Assembly (NCBI GenBank): GCA_964597845.1 | Contig: CAZQZR010000003.1 | Coordinates: 3,427 to 67,426 of the forward strand | Source of the DNA: an uncultured bacterium | GTDB lineage: Bacteria; Hydrothermota; Tepidihabitantia; Tepidihabitantales; Tepidihabitantaceae | DNA length: 64,000 nucleotides | Reading direction: 5' to 3' | In this document: piece after piece, positions 60,637-64,000 of the stretch | Layout of the letters: each line of letters begins with the position of its first letter | Position numbering within the stretch: position 1 is the first letter of the stretch | Program-made: the position numbers and the translations under genes | Notes under the pieces: model-generated | Seen by the model: only the letters and a program-made list of their open reading frames with translations | Told to the model about the DNA's origin: nothing | Database searches by the model: none

Positions 60637-61214
60637 CCCGGGCCCGGCGACTAACTCTCGATTTCATCCACTTTATCATTGTGCTCACTGCTAACAATCT
60701 GAGCTGCCGCCAGATATGAAGACAACCAAGAAACGTACTGGAGTAGATGAGCAAGACTTCCACACAGGACGCGCCTTCCGATCCCAGCATGCTACTTGAT
60801 TCCGTTTGTTCCCACAGCATGACATGCTGCTCCAAGCCCCTTTTGTCCCTCAAGACCCACAAGTCCCCTCCACCCCTATGGCATGGGATTCTTGCCACTC
60901 CTGTCGCAGCCCGGTACGTCTCTGCTATCTCAACTACTTACGCCAGTTCAGGCGAACTGACCAACGCGACTTGCGCCCAGTGAGCCCGCGGACCAACGAC
61001 CTGACCGACCGAGGACCAGTACCTTGATTCCGGGATTGGCGGACAGCTCTCTCGCCTCAGTGCAGGCCGGAGCCGCAAGCCGCTGTCGCAGACCGTGAGT
61101 GGTTAACCGAAGTCCATCGTCCAAGGCGTCCCCACTGCTGTTTTCCTATGTCCCATTTTGACCTCTGACTCCGCCCTTCCCGCCTTATCCCTCTCGCCGT
61201 CGCCTTGACATTCC

Positions 61215-61247
61215 GGAAGAAAGAAGAAAGCCGGGCAACACCCGGCT
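61215..61247 (-). terminator. canonical intrinsic terminator of the TPR gene
   Basis: Minus strand AGCCGGG-tgttg-CCCGGCT followed by TTCTTCTTTCTTCC, 22 nt after the stop. Confidence 0.65.
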
Positions 61248-61268
61248 GTCAAGAGCAATACAAGTGGA

Positions 61269-62714
61269 CTACTTCTTCACTCCCGCTGCCTCCTGCCGTA
61301 CCGTGTTCATCATCGAGAGCACGCAGGCGATACCCTCCTCATTCAGCCCGACTTCAACGAACAGCTCTTCCATCCGCTTCCGTCCCAGCTTGCCCTCACA
61401 CTTGGTCAGCTCGTTCAGCATCGACCTGGGTCCGTCGGCCGCCCCGATCTTCAGGGACAAACACAGCGCCGCGGCCAACTCCGGCACGGCCTGATCATGC
61501 TTCCCCATGTCCATCAAAATTGTCCCAACGCTGGCAAGGCTGCACGCCACGCCCTGCTGATACCCGATCTCACGGTGAATCGCCAGCGCCTCCTGCAGGT
61601 ACTTCAGAGCCCTGTCGGGCTCGGCTTTGTCGCGGTAGACAAGCCCGATGTTGCCGAGGTCGCTCGCGACGACCCGCTGATACCCGATTTCACGGTCGAT
61701 CGCCAGTCCTTCCTCGAAGCACTCCAGCGCCTTGTCGAGTTCGCCCTTGACGCGGAAGATACTCCCGATGTTGCCGAGCCGGTCCGCCGCGCCCTGCTTG
61801 TGACCGACTTCGCGGTCTATGGCCAGCGCCTCTTTGTAGTACTTGAGCGCCTTGTCGAGTTCGCCCTTGTCGCGGTAGATAAGCCCGATGTTGCCGAGGT
61901 CGCTCGCCACGCCCTGCTGATAATCAATTTCGCGGTCTATCGTGAGCGCTTCCTCATAGCACTTCAGCGCCTTGTCGGATTCACTTTTGTTGCGGTAGAT
62001 AGTCCCGATGTCGCCGAGGTCGCTCGCCACGGCTCGCCGATATCCGATCTTGCGGTGAATCGCCAGCGCTTCCTCGTAGCACTTCAGCGCCTTGTCGGGC
62101 TCGCCCATGTCGTGGTAGATGAGCGCGATTTCGCCGATGTCTGATGCCTCGCCCCGATGATGCCCGATTTCACGGTGAATCGCCAGCGCCGCCTCCATGT
62201 ACTTCAGCGCCTGCTTGGGTCCGCCCTTGTCCCGATGGATGTTCGCCATGTTGACGAGGTTTGTCGCCGCCTCCTCCCGAGACGCGACTTCACGGTCTAT
62301 CGCCAGCGCTTCCTCGTAGCATTTCAGCGCCCTGTCAGGTTCGCCCTTCGTGCCGCAGATGAACCCGATGTCACCGAGGGCCGCGGCCTTCCCCAGCTTG
62401 TCCCCGAACTGCTCTGCCAGCCGGACCGATTCCTCGTAGTTCCTGAGCGCGTCGTCCAGGCGGCCCGGGCGGTAGCAGCACAACCCGATCAGGTTAAACA
62501 GCGCGACGAGCTGCTTCCCCTCGGCCAGCTTTGTCGCTTCCCGGAAGTGGCCAATTGCTTTGTCCCACTTGTTCGCACGCATGGCGGCATGACCAAGGTC
62601 GTACAGTTTTCTGATCGCGGGCTCAGACTCCGGCAGGCCGCCGAGGTATCCCATCAAGCCTCCATCTGGGAGCGCAGACTTGCGGCCCCATTCCACAGAA
62701 CGCCGGAACCGCAA
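61269..62714 (-). CDS. tetratricopeptide-repeat protein
   Basis: 481 aa. About nine 40-aa units of ALK.YEEALAI.REIG...G.A..LGNIG.IYRDKGE.DK. Confidence 0.8.
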   Translation of the reverse strand: MRFRRSVEWGRKSALPDGGLMGYLGGLPESEPAIRKLYDLGHAAMRANKWDKAIGHFREATKLAEGKQLVALFNLIGLCCYRPGRLDDALRNYEESVRLAEQFGDKLGKAAALGDIGFICGTKGEPDRALKCYEEALAIDREVASREEAATNLVNMANIHRDKGGPKQALKYMEAALAIHREIGHHRGEASDIGEIALIYHDMGEPDKALKCYEEALAIHRKIGYRRAVASDLGDIGTIYRNKSESDKALKCYEEALTIDREIDYQQGVASDLGNIGLIYRDKGELDKALKYYKEALAIDREVGHKQGAADRLGNIGSIFRVKGELDKALECFEEGLAIDREIGYQRVVASDLGNIGLVYRDKAEPDRALKYLQEALAIHREIGYQQGVACSLASVGTILMDMGKHDQAVPELAAALCLSLKIGAADGPRSMLNELTKCEGKLGRKRMEELFVEVGLNEEGIACVLSMMNTVRQEAAGVKK

Positions 62715-62959
62715 TGCCCCAGTCGAATCTTCAACAAGCGGCAGCAGTTCATCAGTCTATTGACGAGAAACGAGCGCGGGTGATTGTCCAGCTACTTGGG
62801 GAGCGACGAGAGCTAATTGGGGATGAAAGATCTTTCACCGACGTCAACGAGACGCTGCGCATCGGCTGCCGACTACTGGCTCACGAATGTGACTTACCGC
62901 AGGTTTCCGTGCTTCCGGGTCGTTCGCGGGAAACACCCTCCGCCATCCGCCGTTTCTCC

Positions 62960-63328
62960 CTATGCGTTCGCCTCCTGGAGTACTCGGCGGTTCATTCTCA
63001 GCCGCAACTCGTCGTAGTACGTCCTCACCATCCCCTGCATCACCTTCGGGTCCAGCCCCAGAGCTTTCCCGTGCTGGATCTCGGTCTCAATCTGCTCAAC
63101 CAGGTCCTCGCCCTCGTACCGGCAGAACAGCGCGCCTACGGTCGGCGCAAACTCGAGGTGAGAGCCGAACGGCGCCATAGCCATGCCCAGCCGGCTCAGG
63201 CACGCGCCCGCGATGAGCCTGGCGGGCAGCCGTTGCGCCACGGCTCGCTGCTCGCCTGGGTCAGTCCACCGTATCTCATCCAGCACCTTCACCGTCTCAG
63301 GCTCAAGTTCCTGCTCTAGCAACTCCAT
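62960..63328 (-). CDS. hypothetical protein
   Basis: 122-aa ORF of ordinary composition upstream of, and co-directional with, the TPR gene. No motif recognised. Confidence 0.5.
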   Translation of the reverse strand: MELLEQELEPETVKVLDEIRWTDPGEQRAVAQRLPARLIAGACLSRLGMAMAPFGSHLEFAPTVGALFCRYEGEDLVEQIETEIQHGKALGLDPKVMQGMVRTYYDELRLRMNRRVLQEANA

Positions 63329-64000
63329 AGTCCACCTCTCATTTCCGTCATCATGTGTCTGTCTACGTTTCGACCCCGAATCCTGTGCCTTGTCCTTTCG
63401 CCCAGTCCTCGAACGCGGTCATCCGAGCCGCACGAACCCTGCGAGTATCCAAGAGCGCCGAATTCTCTCCGAACTGCGACACTCTCTTAGTGTACGAACG
63501 AATCTCCAGGCGCAAGACAGCACCGAATCCCCCGGCCGGCACCGAAGTAGCTCGACAGACCCGGTGCCCGAGCCGTACTGCGCCTTGCCCTGGTTACGCG
63601 TGGTCTATCGGACGGGCCAATGGTTGGGGGCCGATTCGTGAAAATGACTTGGGTGTGGGCTAGACCCCAAGAAGGAGGCTAGGACGCCGGCCCCCCGATG
63701 AATGTGTGCGGACGCTACCCAGGTGAACCGTATCGCCTTGGTACGCAGCCAAGCTCTCGGCTTGACGGTGCCCTCGGCCTTGGTCTGCAACCGGCAGTGC
63801 CTTGCCGGATTGCGCCCGTGGCAGGTCCGCCACCTGTTTCCCCGGCTCCGAGAAGAGCGTGTATCCCTCTTTCGTACTAACCCGAGGCGTACGCGTGACT
63901 GAGTGAAACCAGGAAAGCTCGTTGACGAATGAAGCGGAGAGGATCGAGTCTTGTGAGACTCAGGACAACGGCAGAGGCTGAGATGGCTGAGAGACCCGTG

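Noticed and set aside
63560-64000. Riboswitch-like or group II intron domain-V-like strings (agtgaaaccaggaaagc; gagccgtactgcg...ggttacgcgtggtc).
   Set aside because: The expected conserved cores and complementary strands are absent when written out, so the resemblance is limited to a few bases.

Overview
GC-rich bacterial (metagenome-like) chromosomal window with a strong G/C preference at third codon positions. About 45 protein-coding genes can be supported. I found no rRNA, tRNA or CRISPR array.

Content, left to right:
(i) Secreted proteins sharing a T9SS-type C-terminal sorting domain (..GRKVLDL.PGANDV..LAPGVYFV..). There are 10 intact copies plus one decayed remnant. They include a contiguous protease island of two M14 carboxypeptidases, one papain-like C1 peptidase, two gingipain-like C25 peptidases and a free-standing C25 propeptide domain. 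A third C25 gene near the left edge is broken at a G9 run.
(ii) Envelope glycosylation genes (two GT-C membrane glycosyltransferases, a GT2, a polyprenyl-phosphate sugar transferase) flanking a two-gene [NiFe] hydrogenase.
(iii) An operon-like block: isocitrate/isopropylmalate-type dehydrogenase, HD protein, two aconitase-family hydratase sets, a CitD-CitE fusion and CitF.
(iv) Housekeeping genes: speB, lipB, lpd, acyl-CoA dehydrogenase, purD, glyS, an NrdG-like radical SAM activase and a HAD hydrolase.
(v) An orphan HerA/DUF87 ATPase.

The most unusual property is the repeat architecture rather than any single gene:
(a) A 30-nt double palindrome (GGGGACWGTCCCC-GTGC-GGGGACWGTCCCC) is embedded in-frame in at least five different genes, including essential glyS.
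(b) Three phase-locked 12-nt degenerate tandem arrays (28, 13 and 28 units) have no indels.
(c) Short-period (7-9 nt) degenerate 'word' repeats form long imperfect hairpins at many gene boundaries. The same words are translated inside several CDSs.

Several genes also have canonical TTGACx-N16-TAnnnT promoters so close to the ATG that their mRNAs should be leaderless. All functional calls rest on motifs read by eye; no database search was possible.
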